Translations under genes and position numbers: made by a program
Origin: an uncultured Chlamydiales bacterium
GTDB lineage: Bacteria; Chlamydiota; Chlamydiia; Chlamydiales; Rhabdochlamydiaceae
DNA: 64,000 nt
Direction of reading: 5' to 3'
Assembly: GCA_963700985.1 (NCBI GenBank)
Contig: OY969554.1
Coordinates: forward strand, 1,632,001-1,696,000
The notes under the pieces: model-generated
Databases searched by the model: none
The model's input: only the letters and a program-made list of their open reading frames with translations
Told to the model about the DNA's origin: nothing
Part shown: one piece after another, positions 12,287 to 22,509 of the stretch
Position numbering within the stretch: position 1 is the stretch's first letter
How the letters are laid out: the number at the start of each line of letters is the position of its first letter

Positions 12287-13150
12287 TTTGGTTCTTATAA
12301 GTTCGTCAAAATGGGGAGAGAGCTCAGGGTGGTTTTTCGCAATCCAGTTCTTGAGCGTCAATGTCGTGTTATAAATATCGTTTTTATAGACTTCACTGCC
12401 AATCCGCGTTTTTTCAATGCGCATCTTGCCGATGTCGATCTGAGCTGCCCTACCTTCGATAAAGCCACAGTTTTTATAAATCATCATGTCATTATCGGTC
12501 ACACCCTGACGTCCCAGGCTTTCTAGCATCGCAAAGATCGAAGAAAGGGCGTTTTTAGCCTCCTCTATCTTTCCATTTTGTAAAAGCTGAGAGATGTACG
12601 GATAGACTAAGTCTGCTTTTTTCTGCACGACAAAGAGGGCACGATCGAGTTCTACCATTTGGTGTTTACCACGCCTGTCGACAACTTCCACATTTTTTTT
12701 CAGGGTATTGGTTGGTGCAAGATGCACATACAGAAGTCCCGTCTCTTCTTTAAAGTGCTTAAAGGCAGTGTCTAAGCTCATAAGAGTAGAGGCATATTTT
12801 CTTTTCTTATACATCCAACGTTCATGCCATGGGCCAAAAGGAAGATAAGCCAGAAAGGAGCTTGGTTCGTAGATGTGAAGCTTGTAAAATTTCAACACAT
12901 ACTGTTTATCTTCACTGAGGAAGACATAGGCTTGAGAGCCTTTACTCAAATAGGAAAATTTCTGCTCTAAAATGCTGCTCGGGATCTCTTCACTAATGGA
13001 TGATGTAATCTGTGAAGAGGATACTTTGCTGTTCTTAACTAGGATGTTTTGAAGTAGGGGTCTTCCACGAATGTTATGTATCGAGTGGTCAATTGTGCGT
13101 AGTCCAAAGGCCAACGCGCAAATCAAAATTAAAATAGGTAAAAATTTCAT
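12266..13150 (-). CDS. Atypical protein kinase-fold protein with N-terminal membrane anchor or signal peptide
   Basis: LSKGSQAYVF glycine loop, VLKF lysine, DNDMMIYKN catalytic-loop-like segment, IDIG. ATGA overlap with the upstream cca stop. Confidence 0.55.
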   Translation of the reverse strand: MKFLPILILICALAFGLRTIDHSIHNIRGRPLLQNILVKNSKVSSSQITSSISEEIPSSILEQKFSYLSKGSQAYVFLSEDKQYVLKFYKLHIYEPSSFLAYLPFGPWHERWMYKKRKYASTLMSLDTAFKHFKEETGLLYVHLAPTNTLKKNVEVVDRRGKHQMVELDRALFVVQKKADLVYPYISQLLQNGKIEEAKNALSSIFAMLESLGRQGVTDNDMMIYKNCGFIEGRAAQIDIGKMRIEKTRIGSEVYKNDIYNTTLTLKNWIAKNHPELSPHFDELIRTKSKMDGQ

Positions 13151-14388
13151 TTGGGCCACAAGGGAGTTTTTTTTAAACGGGAAATAATTTCAGCGGGATT
13201 TTCAATTCCATCATTCACACTAATTCTTTCGCCCTCTTTTAAAAGTAGACCCATCTGTTTTCCAGGGGGAATTCCTTCAGCAATTAACTGTTGAGCACGT
13301 ACGAGAGGAGTTTGAGCGCGCAAACGTAAAATGGCAGGCTGCATGAACTGTATGTTTCCAAGGTGCTCTTCTAAAAAAAGCGCTCGTTCTTTTTCAGGAT
13401 AACGTGCGGCTTGGATGTTCAGACAGAGCTCAGAATGGGGATTTGCATAAAATTCAGCCCATTCGAACTTCTCGAGTTTTTTTTGCCAGGCAAGGGGCAT
13501 GTTAAAAAGAGATCTCGTGCGGTGTAAAAAAGTCACAATCTCGCGTTCTTGATTAGAGAGTTTAAGATAATCGCAGAGTTCGAGATCCTGTTGCAGGCTC
13601 TGTGCGGGGAAGAGTTCAAGTAATTCAGCGATTGCGGGTGTATCTTTCGGAAAAGAATCAATCGGAAGAGTTCTTTTTTCAATTTCTTCTGTAGAAACGC
13701 TAGCTAAACTTGGGAAAATGGTTGAAAGAAGGCCCAATTGATGGAGGCTGACAAGCCCCTTATCGAAATGCGCAAATTGCGACATCTTTTTGAACTCTTG
13801 CCAGACACGTTCCATCGCTACAGCAGGCAGAAGACTGTGGGCGTGAGCCGCGATTGCTTTTAAGGTCTCAGCTTCAATTGGAAAATCGAAACGGGTCGAA
13901 TAGCGCACGGCGCGCATCATGCGCAGACGATCTTCTGAAAAGCGTTCATGTGGGCTGCCTATGGCGCGAATAATCCCTTTACGTAGATCTTTTTCACCAT
14001 CCACAAAATCTAATAGCATTTCGGTCATTGGATCATAAAACATGCCATTGATCGTAAAATCTCGACGCTGGGCATCTTCTTCGGCTGTTGCTTTTTCAAT
14101 GCTAGTTGGCCGCCTTCCATCGACATAGCCGCGCTCTTTGCGGAAGGTAGCTACTTCGAATTGAAAATGGTCTTGCACTACGATCACAATCCCAAAAGCC
14201 ACCCCCACCGGAATTGTTTTAGGAAAGAGCGCTTGGATCTCTTCAACACTCGCGCTTGTCGCAATATCGATATCATCAGAGGGGCGTTTCAGAAGAAAGT
14301 CGCGCACCCAGCCACCTGCAAAGTAGGCAGTGAATCCAGCATTGACAAGTTTTTTAACTACTCGCGTGGCAGCGTCTCGTGCAGGCAT
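13147..14388 (-). CDS. cca: CCA tRNA nucleotidyltransferase (class II)
   Basis: GGWVRD, DIDIAT, EVATFR, flexible loop ERGYVDGRRP, RRDFTING and EDRLR. The three tRNAs in the window lack an encoded CCA. Confidence 0.85.
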   Translation of the reverse strand: MPARDAATRVVKKLVNAGFTAYFAGGWVRDFLLKRPSDDIDIATSASVEEIQALFPKTIPVGVAFGIVIVVQDHFQFEVATFRKERGYVDGRRPTSIEKATAEEDAQRRDFTINGMFYDPMTEMLLDFVDGEKDLRKGIIRAIGSPHERFSEDRLRMMRAVRYSTRFDFPIEAETLKAIAAHAHSLLPAVAMERVWQEFKKMSQFAHFDKGLVSLHQLGLLSTIFPSLASVSTEEIEKRTLPIDSFPKDTPAIAELLELFPAQSLQQDLELCDYLKLSNQEREIVTFLHRTRSLFNMPLAWQKKLEKFEWAEFYANPHSELCLNIQAARYPEKERALFLEEHLGNIQFMQPAILRLRAQTPLVRAQQLIAEGIPPGKQMGLLLKEGERISVNDGIENPAEIISRLKKTPLWPK

Positions 14389-14434
14389 AATTATCTATAT
14401 TTACGATCTTATCATGGTGTAATATGAATCTAAA

Positions 14435-16240
14435 ATGAGTGTACGACTGATGCCTGGCAAGATTCAACTCCTTTCCGAGCAGACCATCAACCAGATTGCG
14501 GCCGGCGAGGTAATCGAAAACCCCGCTTCCGTGGTCAAAGAGCTGGTGGATAATGCCATTGATGCGGGTTCTAAAAAAATTATCATAGAGATCGCAGGCG
14601 GTGGCTTGCAGCTAATCCGTATCAGCGATATTGGCCATGGAATGGGAGAAGAGGATGCTAAGCGCTGTTTTGAACGCTTTGCCACGTCTAAGATCCGCGC
14701 TCTTGACGATCTCTTCCATTTGTCTACCATGGGCTTTCGCGGTGAGGCGCTTGCGGCCATCGCAGCCATTTCAAAAGTCTCTTTGCGCACCTCAGTTCAA
14801 GGGGGAGCGGGAACACTAGTTGAAATCGAAGGGGGAAAAATTATCCAGTGCGGCCGCTCAGCGCATACGCAAGGCACCACAATCGAGGTGCGTTCGCTTT
14901 TTTACAATGTACCTGCACGCAAAAAATTTCAAAAATCCCCTGTTGCGTGCGCGGCTGAAGTTACGCGGATGGTCTCTTTTCTAGCTTTGGCACATCCGCA
15001 TGTCGCTTTTGAGCTCTTGCACCAAGATAGATTAGTTCTCTCTTCTCAACCCTCGATTCATGAGGAGCACCTCGATCGAATTCAGGATGTACTCGGTGAA
15101 GATTTCTTGGCTGGCGGGCTAGTTGTGCATGTGGATGATCATGATCTTAAAGTTAAAGGTTTAATCGGTCAGCCCATGCAGCATAGACCGAATCGCACAG
15201 GACAGTATCTCTTTATTAATGAACGACCTGTGCATTGTCCGCTTATCTCTTATGCGGTGAAAGATGGTTATGGCACGCGGCTTGCATCTGATCGTTACCC
15301 GATCTTTTTCTTACATTTGCAAATTCCCGCTGATGCTTTAGACGTCAACGTGCATCCCCAGAAAAAAGAGGTGAGAATTCACCAGGAAAGACGCATAAAG
15401 GAGCTGGTTCAGCAAGCGATCTCGATGAGTTTGCAGAAGAGCGAAGGCGTAGCGCCTATTTTCCAAGAAACACTGTTCCGAGCGCAAGAATGCTCGCAAG
15501 CGCATTCTTTAGAACAAGCCCCTTTTGAGGCCCCTTTCAACTTCTCTATTCCCAGTTACTCTCTAACAGCTACGCCAACAAATACTTTTAGATATGAAGA
15601 AATCCCTAAAAGAGCTGCTGAATTGGATTTTTCTATACAGCAGCCGCATCCCATTGGGGTGTTTGATCAGTATTTGCTATTGGACAACCTATCTGTATCC
15701 GAGCGAGTGCAAATAGCTGGGTTGGAAGAGGGTCTACTTCTCATAGATCTTTCAGCCGCTCGTAGCCGCGTGCTTTTCGATAGACTCCTCACACAAACCA
15801 GCACTGTCCAATCCCAAGCTCTGCTTTTGCCCCTCACCATCTCCCTAGGGAAAGTAGATGGGGTAAAGCTCGAAGGGCACCTTGAAGAGCTTGAGAAGAT
15901 GGGCCTCGCGATTCGTCCTATCGGAGGCGGCGCCTTTATTGTGGATGCCTTGCCGACTTTTCTTGCGCAAGATAGAGTGAAAGATCTACTACTAAGTTTT
16001 CTAGAAGAGCTTTCTCGTTTAAGTCCTAAAAGCGATGAGAAAACACGAAAATTAGCCCTGCTTGCGGTGCGTGTGGCAAATACTGAAAAAAAGCAGTTCT
16101 CACAATATGAGGCGCTTGCATTATTCGAAGAGCTGATGAAGAGCTCTTCTCCCTACTTTTGTCCTAATGGAAAACCCACAATGATACGGATGACCTTAGA
16201 TGAAATCGCCAAACTCTTTATTGCTAAAAAAACGTCTTAA
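14435..16240 (+). CDS. mutL: DNA mismatch repair protein MutL
   Basis: NQIAAGEVIENPASVVKEL, GFRGEAL, DVNVHPQK and CPNGKP motifs. Confidence 0.97.
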   Translation: MSVRLMPGKIQLLSEQTINQIAAGEVIENPASVVKELVDNAIDAGSKKIIIEIAGGGLQLIRISDIGHGMGEEDAKRCFERFATSKIRALDDLFHLSTMGFRGEALAAIAAISKVSLRTSVQGGAGTLVEIEGGKIIQCGRSAHTQGTTIEVRSLFYNVPARKKFQKSPVACAAEVTRMVSFLALAHPHVAFELLHQDRLVLSSQPSIHEEHLDRIQDVLGEDFLAGGLVVHVDDHDLKVKGLIGQPMQHRPNRTGQYLFINERPVHCPLISYAVKDGYGTRLASDRYPIFFLHLQIPADALDVNVHPQKKEVRIHQERRIKELVQQAISMSLQKSEGVAPIFQETLFRAQECSQAHSLEQAPFEAPFNFSIPSYSLTATPTNTFRYEEIPKRAAELDFSIQQPHPIGVFDQYLLLDNLSVSERVQIAGLEEGLLLIDLSAARSRVLFDRLLTQTSTVQSQALLLPLTISLGKVDGVKLEGHLEELEKMGLAIRPIGGGAFIVDALPTFLAQDRVKDLLLSFLEELSRLSPKSDEKTRKLALLAVRVANTEKKQFSQYEALALFEELMKSSSPYFCPNGKPTMIRMTLDEIAKLFIAKKTS

Positions 16241-17273
16241 AAAACTGGTAGACTATCTCGCCGAGCAGAAGCTAGAGGGTTGCATCGTCCAGGCCCCAAT
16301 CGATCTCTACTATCTCACAGGCCTCGAGCTATCTTTAGGCTCTTTGTGCGTCTTTAAAGGAAAAGGCTGCCTTTTTGTCGATGGACGGTACATTCAATCT
16401 GCCAAAGAAAAGTGCCCGATCGAAGTTGAGCAAACAGAAGAGAAGAAAATCCGTGCTTTTGCAGAGAGTTCCCGCATTCAAAGTATTGCCTTTGATGCCC
16501 AAGGCACTTCATACACGCAATTTGAGAAGCTAAACTTGCTTTTTCCGAAAATTAAGCTTGTACCTGTGAATGGACTTTTAAGAGAGCTGCGCCTGGTCAA
16601 AGACGCTTATGAACTAGCGGCCATGCGCAAAAGCGCTGCTCTTCTCTGGAAAGGGTATCTGCATATTAAGAAAAAACTCAAAACCGGCATTACGGAACTG
16701 GCCCTAGCTCGAGAATTTGAGATTTTTTCTCGTTTGAATGGAGCTGAAAAATTAGCTTTTGACCCGATCATCGCCTTCGGAAAAAATAGCGCGATGCCTC
16801 ACTACCATCCAGCAGACACCAAGCTCAAGAAAGGCGATACCGTGTTAATCGATATCGGCGTTTCAGTCGATGGCTACCATTCTGACATGACACGCACGCT
16901 TTTTTTTGGCACGCCCGATCCGCGCCTGAAGAAGTGGGCAGAAATCGTGAGAGAAGCGCACGATGCGGCCTTAAAAATTTGTAAGCCAGGGATTAAAGCT
17001 GGAGAGCTAGATGAAGCAGCAAGAAAAGTTATGCGCAGAGAGAAGGTTGAAGAGTACTTTTTACATAGCTTAGGCCACGGTATTGGTCTAGAAACGCATG
17101 AGTCCCCTCGTCTGAAATTTAACGGTGAAGATAAAAATCTTCTGCTGAAGCCTGGAATGATTATTACAATTGAGCCTGGGCTCTACCTAGCTGGTAAGGG
17201 TGGGATTCGCCACGAAAACACTATAATTCTCACGAAGAGCGGACACGAGAATCTTTATAAGGGTGAAAGATGA
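16200..17273 (+). CDS. pepP: Xaa-Pro aminopeptidase (M24 family)
   Basis: IDIG, SDMTRT, HSLGHGIGLETHE, TIEPG and GIRHE motifs. Confidence 0.9.
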   Translation: MKSPNSLLLKKRLKKLVDYLAEQKLEGCIVQAPIDLYYLTGLELSLGSLCVFKGKGCLFVDGRYIQSAKEKCPIEVEQTEEKKIRAFAESSRIQSIAFDAQGTSYTQFEKLNLLFPKIKLVPVNGLLRELRLVKDAYELAAMRKSAALLWKGYLHIKKKLKTGITELALAREFEIFSRLNGAEKLAFDPIIAFGKNSAMPHYHPADTKLKKGDTVLIDIGVSVDGYHSDMTRTLFFGTPDPRLKKWAEIVREAHDAALKICKPGIKAGELDEAARKVMRREKVEEYFLHSLGHGIGLETHESPRLKFNGEDKNLLLKPGMIITIEPGLYLAGKGGIRHENTIILTKSGHENLYKGER

Positions 17274-18388
17274 AAGTTCGCGAAAGGTTATTTCTTCGAG
17301 TTGGAGGACTATTTTTTGTCGTCTTTTCTGCCTCAATGCTATTGCAATATCAGATTATCTCTAAAATTTTTCTGCGCGCAGAAAAAAAACTGCATGCGGA
17401 TTTTGTACAGTTTGACGAGCAGAAGTTGAATTCAGAACAGGCTGCATCTGCTCTTGTAAACAGGATCGAAGCAGGTATAAGTGAGGTTCTTCATGACATC
17501 TCCTTTGAGATGCGCCTTGTCGCGTGCGGAGCTCTGGTTTTGGTGCTTCTTTTACTACACAATATCGCAAGACAACTGACGCGCCCCATCATGGGGCTTG
17601 CGCGCGCAGCAGGCGAAATTGAGAAGGGAAAATTGGATGGCATCATTCTTCCGAAGCTCTCTCCAAAGCGTAGAGATGAGATTGCTGCCTTGCGCAATGC
17701 TTTTGAGAATATGATCATCGGACTCAAAGAGAAAGAAAAGGTCAAAGGCGTACTCAATAAGGTAGTTTCTCCTGAAATTGCAAACGAAATCTTAAAGGGA
17801 AATGTGCATCTCGGTGGCGAAGAGCGAATTGCAACTACCTTTTTTGCCGATATCCGCAATTTTACGCACATGACACAAAACATGACTCCGGAAGAAGTCA
17901 TTAACATGCTTAACGCCTGCATGACTCGCGTCTCGCGCGTGATCGATGCGCACGGCGGAGTGATCGATAAGTATGTAGGGGATGAGGTGATGGCGCTTTT
18001 TGGTGCGCCAATCGAGCATCCTGAGAGTCCTCTCAATGCAATACGTTGTGCTCTAGAAATAATAGAAGAATTAAAGCGTTGGAATGAAGAGCGTAAAACT
18101 CAGGGACTGCCGGCTATCGAAATGGGAATTGGTTTACATACAGGTCCGGTGCTCGCGGGAAATATGGGCGCAGAAAATCGCCTTAATTATACGGTCTTAG
18201 GGCGAAGTGTAAACCTAGCCGCTAGGCTCTGCTCGGCTGCTAAACCGATGCAAATTCTAATCTCCAAACAGACACTTGAGGTCGATGTTGTAAGTGGGCA
18301 TATCGAAGTAGATGAGCTCTCTCCTATGGAGTTAAAAGGCTTCGATCAAGCCATTGTTACCTTGTCTGTTAAAGGGGAGAAGAAATGA
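17270..18388 (+). CDS. Membrane class III adenylate cyclase with HAMP domain
   Basis: Two TM segments and HAMP; FADIRNFT, DKYVGDEVM and YTVLGRSVNLAARL motifs. Confidence 0.9.
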   Translation: MKVRERLFLRVGGLFFVVFSASMLLQYQIISKIFLRAEKKLHADFVQFDEQKLNSEQAASALVNRIEAGISEVLHDISFEMRLVACGALVLVLLLLHNIARQLTRPIMGLARAAGEIEKGKLDGIILPKLSPKRRDEIAALRNAFENMIIGLKEKEKVKGVLNKVVSPEIANEILKGNVHLGGEERIATTFFADIRNFTHMTQNMTPEEVINMLNACMTRVSRVIDAHGGVIDKYVGDEVMALFGAPIEHPESPLNAIRCALEIIEELKRWNEERKTQGLPAIEMGIGLHTGPVLAGNMGAENRLNYTVLGRSVNLAARLCSAAKPMQILISKQTLEVDVVSGHIEVDELSPMELKGFDQAIVTLSVKGEKK

Positions 18389-19473
18389 TCCTCGGTACGC
18401 TGCTTTTTCTTATCCTCGTTCTCCTTTTTGTATGTCTATGGAGTCAAAAGAGAATCAAACGCGAAAAAGCTGAAAAAGAGCTAATTTTAGAATCTTTGGA
18501 AGAAGGTGTGCTCTCAATTGATGCACATCTTAAAGTGGGTTTTGCCAACTACATGGCTAGCAAGATGCTCGCCGTGCCAAAGAAAGAACTCATCGGACAG
18601 CCTCTCTATGGATCCTGTGGCTTATTTGAAAAAGGCAGGGTTCTCTTGGAAGAGTGCATGAAGAGAGAGAGAGTTTTAACCGACTCTTTTGCCATTGGTA
18701 AGATATACTTCGATCTCATCGCCGTACCAAGAGAAAAAAAACGCGGTGCTTTGCTTGTCTTGCAAAACAAGTCTGCCCATTACAAAGTCTTAGAAATCGG
18801 TAAAGATTTCATCACCAATGCATCCCATGAGCTTAGAACTCCGATTACCATCATTAAAGGCTTTGCCGAAACACTGCAAGACATGCCCAATTTACCTCCA
18901 GAGATGGTGGCAGACATCACAGAAAAGATCGTCAGAAGCTGCCAGAGAATGGACCTCTTGGTAAAGAACCTGCTCACCTTAGCTGATCTAGAAAACCTGC
19001 CCTCGCTTAGGCTGCAGGAGTGCGACCTTGTCGCGCTTCTGGAAAATTGCCAGCACTTCTTACAAGCCGCACATCCAGCCGCGCAACTCAATCTCGAAAA
19101 GAAAAAGAAGGGCAATATTACAATTCTTGCCGATCCTGACATCTTAGAGCTCGCACTGATGAATCTGCTTGAAAATGCAGTGAAATATTCTCCCGTGCCC
19201 GCTTCTATTTCTATTAGTATTGAAAAAATCAAAGAGAAGGTCAAAGTCTGCATCAAAGATCAAGGCATCGGCATTCCAGCTGAAAGTCTTGACCACATTT
19301 TCTCCCGGTTTTACACCGTGGACAAAGCTCGCTCCAGAAGGTTAGGCGGCGCAGGCCTCGGCCTTTCAATTGTGAAAACGATTATCGAGAAGCATGATGG
19401 TGAAATTAGCGTAGCTTCTGAGCTGGGCAAAGGCAGCACCTTTACACTTATTTTTTCACAGGCGGGGAAGTGA
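18385..19473 (+). CDS. PhoR-like sensor histidine kinase (TM + PAS + HisKA + HATPase)
   Basis: H box ASHELRTP, NLLENAVKY, DQGIGI, FYTVDKARSR and GAGLGL. Confidence 0.9.
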   Translation: MILGTLLFLILVLLFVCLWSQKRIKREKAEKELILESLEEGVLSIDAHLKVGFANYMASKMLAVPKKELIGQPLYGSCGLFEKGRVLLEECMKRERVLTDSFAIGKIYFDLIAVPREKKRGALLVLQNKSAHYKVLEIGKDFITNASHELRTPITIIKGFAETLQDMPNLPPEMVADITEKIVRSCQRMDLLVKNLLTLADLENLPSLRLQECDLVALLENCQHFLQAAHPAAQLNLEKKKKGNITILADPDILELALMNLLENAVKYSPVPASISISIEKIKEKVKVCIKDQGIGIPAESLDHIFSRFYTVDKARSRRLGGAGLGLSIVKTIIEKHDGEISVASELGKGSTFTLIFSQAGK

Positions 19474-20392
19474 TAGGGCTTTGATCCGGCATCTGCATTT
19501 TATGACGGATATGCGTTTTATTGTCGGTGTAGACAATGGTCTTTTTGCTAATACCTGTGCGCTTAAAATTCATGATGGGTTCGATGTTAGCCATCTGGGT
19601 TTTGGGATTACCGAGTTTACTTAGAATGGTTTGCAGTTCTGCTTTTTTAAGAGGCGGACTTTTTTTTGCCTGCGCTTTTTTCTCTTCTTCTTCAAGAATA
19701 TCTTCGACCACTTTCGGATCAAAAACTGCTTTTAAAAGATGGGTGGACGCCAAGCAAAAGCAGATCGCTTTCTTCTCATCTGGATCTAGCACAAAGAAAT
19801 CCGAAAGGGGCGGATAACCTTGACGCGTGCCTCCCAACTCATTAGTTAGCGTGAAATGTTTTGTACCACGGAGCATTTTGAGATAGAGCTCTTTGAGATT
19901 TTTCTCATCTGGCATGAGATCCTCCAGAGTTGAGAACTCTTTTTTTTCGCCAGCTTTGGCAATCAGTGCATCTAGAATTTTATACTCAAAGTCTGAAATA
20001 GAAAGCAGCGTGGCTGAGTTAGCTATTCCAGTGTCTGCGTAAAGACTTTTCAAGAACTTAGCCGCAATCTCATAGAGTTGATTGTGTGTGGTGCCCGGTG
20101 TAAAGAGAGGAATTAAGTTGAATTTGGATTTTTCATTAGCTGAAACTTTATCACGGGTGAACTTTCGTTTGCGTTCTCTTTTAGGCTTGTTGCTATTCGT
20201 TGTGGTTTTTTCTTTTTTGCGTGCGCGTTCGAACTGCGTTTTTTGCGCTGCATTGTGTAGGTTCTTCTCCACCGCCATGGTAGAAGAGAAATAAGATTGT
20301 TTGAGTATGCTCGCTGTACTTTGTTTAACAAGCGTAGCCACGCCAAACGAGAGAATCAAAAGAAAGCTACCGATCAGAATCAGGATATTCAT
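19448..20392 (-). CDS. Hypothetical protein downstream of pseudopilins, possibly GspK-like
   Basis: N-terminal TM segment; coupled to the prepilin-like genes. Function inferred from position only. Confidence 0.4.
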   Translation of the reverse strand: MNILILIGSFLLILSFGVATLVKQSTASILKQSYFSSTMAVEKNLHNAAQKTQFERARKKEKTTTNSNKPKRERKRKFTRDKVSANEKSKFNLIPLFTPGTTHNQLYEIAAKFLKSLYADTGIANSATLLSISDFEYKILDALIAKAGEKKEFSTLEDLMPDEKNLKELYLKMLRGTKHFTLTNELGGTRQGYPPLSDFFVLDPDEKKAICFCLASTHLLKAVFDPKVVEDILEEEEKKAQAKKSPPLKKAELQTILSKLGNPKTQMANIEPIMNFKRTGISKKTIVYTDNKTHIRHKMQMPDQSPITSPPVKK

Positions 20393-21015
20393 TACTCATA
20401 CTCCACGGGAAGTTGAGAAGAAGGAAGAAAAAAAGCATAGCTGACATCTTCCTTCTTATCTCCTGTTTTTTCAGTAAGAATAACTTTAAGCATAGAGGGA
20501 AAGGCCGCCGCATCTTTATTCCACTCCGATTTCCAATCATCGATTCTAAGATCAAAAAATGAGAAGGCAATGGAGTCGATTTGCTCTATTAATATCTCCT
20601 CCCGCTCTTCGGTTTTTCCTTCAAGCGGCAGAATGCGCAATTTCAGTTTTTTATCGCGCGCAAGAAAGAGCATAGCTTTTACTTGCCCACATAACAGCGG
20701 ATCGCTATCAATGCCATGGTTAAAGGCAAAGATCAGGCTTAAATTTAGGCCCTCACTGGTCGTATCGGTGTAAAGGAAGCCTTCTTGCTTATCACCCGTA
20801 GGAAAATCTGAAAAGACCTGCATTAACCTAGTTTGCAGCCGCTGTCTGGCTGAGAAGCGTTCTTGAATCTTTTCAGCCTCTAGACTGACTACGGTTAACT
20901 GGTGGTAGTAGCCAAAAAGAAAGAAGAGGGCGATCGAAGTGAGCGAAAGCGCAATTACCACTTCTAAAAGTGTAAAGGACCTTCTGCGCGCTCTTTTTGC
21001 CCTTGTAAATCGCAT
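20392..21015 (-). CDS. Type II secretion minor pseudopilin (GspJ-like)
   Basis: Basic leader followed by SFTLLEVVIAL prepilin motif and a hydrophobic helix. Confidence 0.7.
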   Translation of the reverse strand: MRFTRAKRARRRSFTLLEVVIALSLTSIALFFLFGYYHQLTVVSLEAEKIQERFSARQRLQTRLMQVFSDFPTGDKQEGFLYTDTTSEGLNLSLIFAFNHGIDSDPLLCGQVKAMLFLARDKKLKLRILPLEGKTEEREEILIEQIDSIAFSFFDLRIDDWKSEWNKDAAAFPSMLKVILTEKTGDKKEDVSYAFFLPSSQLPVEYE

Positions 21016-21019
21016 CTTA

Positions 21020-21532
21020 TTAACTTTTGGTTTGTTCGCTTGCTTTGTTTTGTGGATCGATTCGAGCGGGACGCGTCACGATCGTACGCCAATTGAAATC
21101 GATTTCTTTACCTTTGGGGTCGAGACGCTGATAAGTGATGCGGAAGTTAATCAATCTGAGCTCTTGGCCATCTTTTCCTTTGGCAGCTGAGACAGTTCCC
21201 CAGTGAATTTTTTTGAGAAATTTGCACGGTTTTATCATAGAAATGGTAAGCTCTTCCTGTCGATCGAAGACGATCTCTTTTTTGTCTGCTCTTTCGGCCG
21301 ATTTGCAGAGCTGATCCCAAGGGATGTTGCCGGTTTTTTTGCTCTTATTGAGAACGGCTTTTAAATCCGCAAAATCTACCGCGGCTAGCCTTGCGAGTTC
21401 TGCGCGCTCTATGGCGTCGTATTGCTGTTTCAGCAGCTGAAGGGGATTGCGCACTAATGGAAGAGCACATATAGATAGTAGGAAGAAAGCAATTACTAAT
21501 TCGAGTAAAAGATAGGGACGTTTTTTTTTCAT
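21020..21532 (-). CDS. Pseudopilin-like protein (GspI-like)
   Basis: KKKRPYLLLELVIAFFLL: basic leader, Glu at +5, hydrophobic helix. Confidence 0.6.
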   Translation of the reverse strand: MKKKRPYLLLELVIAFFLLSICALPLVRNPLQLLKQQYDAIERAELARLAAVDFADLKAVLNKSKKTGNIPWDQLCKSAERADKKEIVFDRQEELTISMIKPCKFLKKIHWGTVSAAKGKDGQELRLINFRITYQRLDPKGKEIDFNWRTIVTRPARIDPQNKASEQTKS

Positions 21533-21534
21533 TT

Positions 21535-22509
21535 ATGGAATTTCAAGGAAAAGCTCTTTATAATCTTATTCGCTTCAGCTGGCTAGAAGAGCCTAGCATA
21601 GCCGTGCAACCTTGGCAAGTTGAGGATCTACGCGCTCTTCCTTCTAATACTCTTTTTTTACGTCTTAAAACCCTGGGGATCAACCTCACAGAAGCGAGCT
21701 TTCGTGCCTATGCGAACGAGAGCAAAAATCCTGAGGAACTGACCGATTTAATCTGGAGTAACGAGCAAGATGTCGAAGGCCATGACGCGGCCTACCTACT
21801 TCTTTTTGAGCTCTGGCGACGTCTTCTCCATGATAAATTCTCACTTTCTATTTTCTGCGATGAGCTCGATTGGCGGATCTATCATTACGATAAAGATTTG
21901 CTAGACGATGAAAAAATGGAAGAGGTGATTGCCGATTTAGAGGATATTCTAGACAGTAACGTCGATCGAGGTGGTGAGCCCAAAGAGATTTTTCAAACGG
22001 TTGAAAGCTACTCTTCGCATGATCTAGAAAAATTTCTTTATGATTATATTGTCGAAGATATCGATAAAGAAGATGAGATGTCCGCTTCTGAGTTGCTGGA
22101 TGGATTTTATATCTATGTGGCACATGCGCTCTGGTTCGATTTTTTAAGAGCACGCCTACTTGCCTCGGTCGATATGGATGAAGCGAGCCTCATGTTGCAG
22201 CGGCTGATGGAGCAGTTAGAAGAAGATCCCGACCTCGATCTCTTTTTTGAAATTGCTGCTTATCTCGTCAATCAAGGGGAGCCCTCCTTATTTTTGATGT
22301 GCGTGAAGAAGATTGCTCCGCTGATCAAAAACGAAGAGCAATTCCAAGAGCTGATTGAGCTAGTGGGAGAGTACTTCTGCTGCCTCGATCAAGAAGAGCA
22401 TCATAAAACTGCGCGCGAAATCCTTGCAAAACGTCAACACAACTCTCCAGAGGCGCCCATACGGCCTGACGATTTAAAAAGCTTCAGCCAGCTTTTAGAG
22501 AATTTTTAG
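21535..22509 (+). CDS. Acidic helical hypothetical protein
   Basis: 324-aa ORF with no recognisable catalytic motif. Confidence 0.6.
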   Translation: MEFQGKALYNLIRFSWLEEPSIAVQPWQVEDLRALPSNTLFLRLKTLGINLTEASFRAYANESKNPEELTDLIWSNEQDVEGHDAAYLLLFELWRRLLHDKFSLSIFCDELDWRIYHYDKDLLDDEKMEEVIADLEDILDSNVDRGGEPKEIFQTVESYSSHDLEKFLYDYIVEDIDKEDEMSASELLDGFYIYVAHALWFDFLRARLLASVDMDEASLMLQRLMEQLEEDPDLDLFFEIAAYLVNQGEPSLFLMCVKKIAPLIKNEEQFQELIELVGEYFCCLDQEEHHKTAREILAKRQHNSPEAPIRPDDLKSFSQLLENF

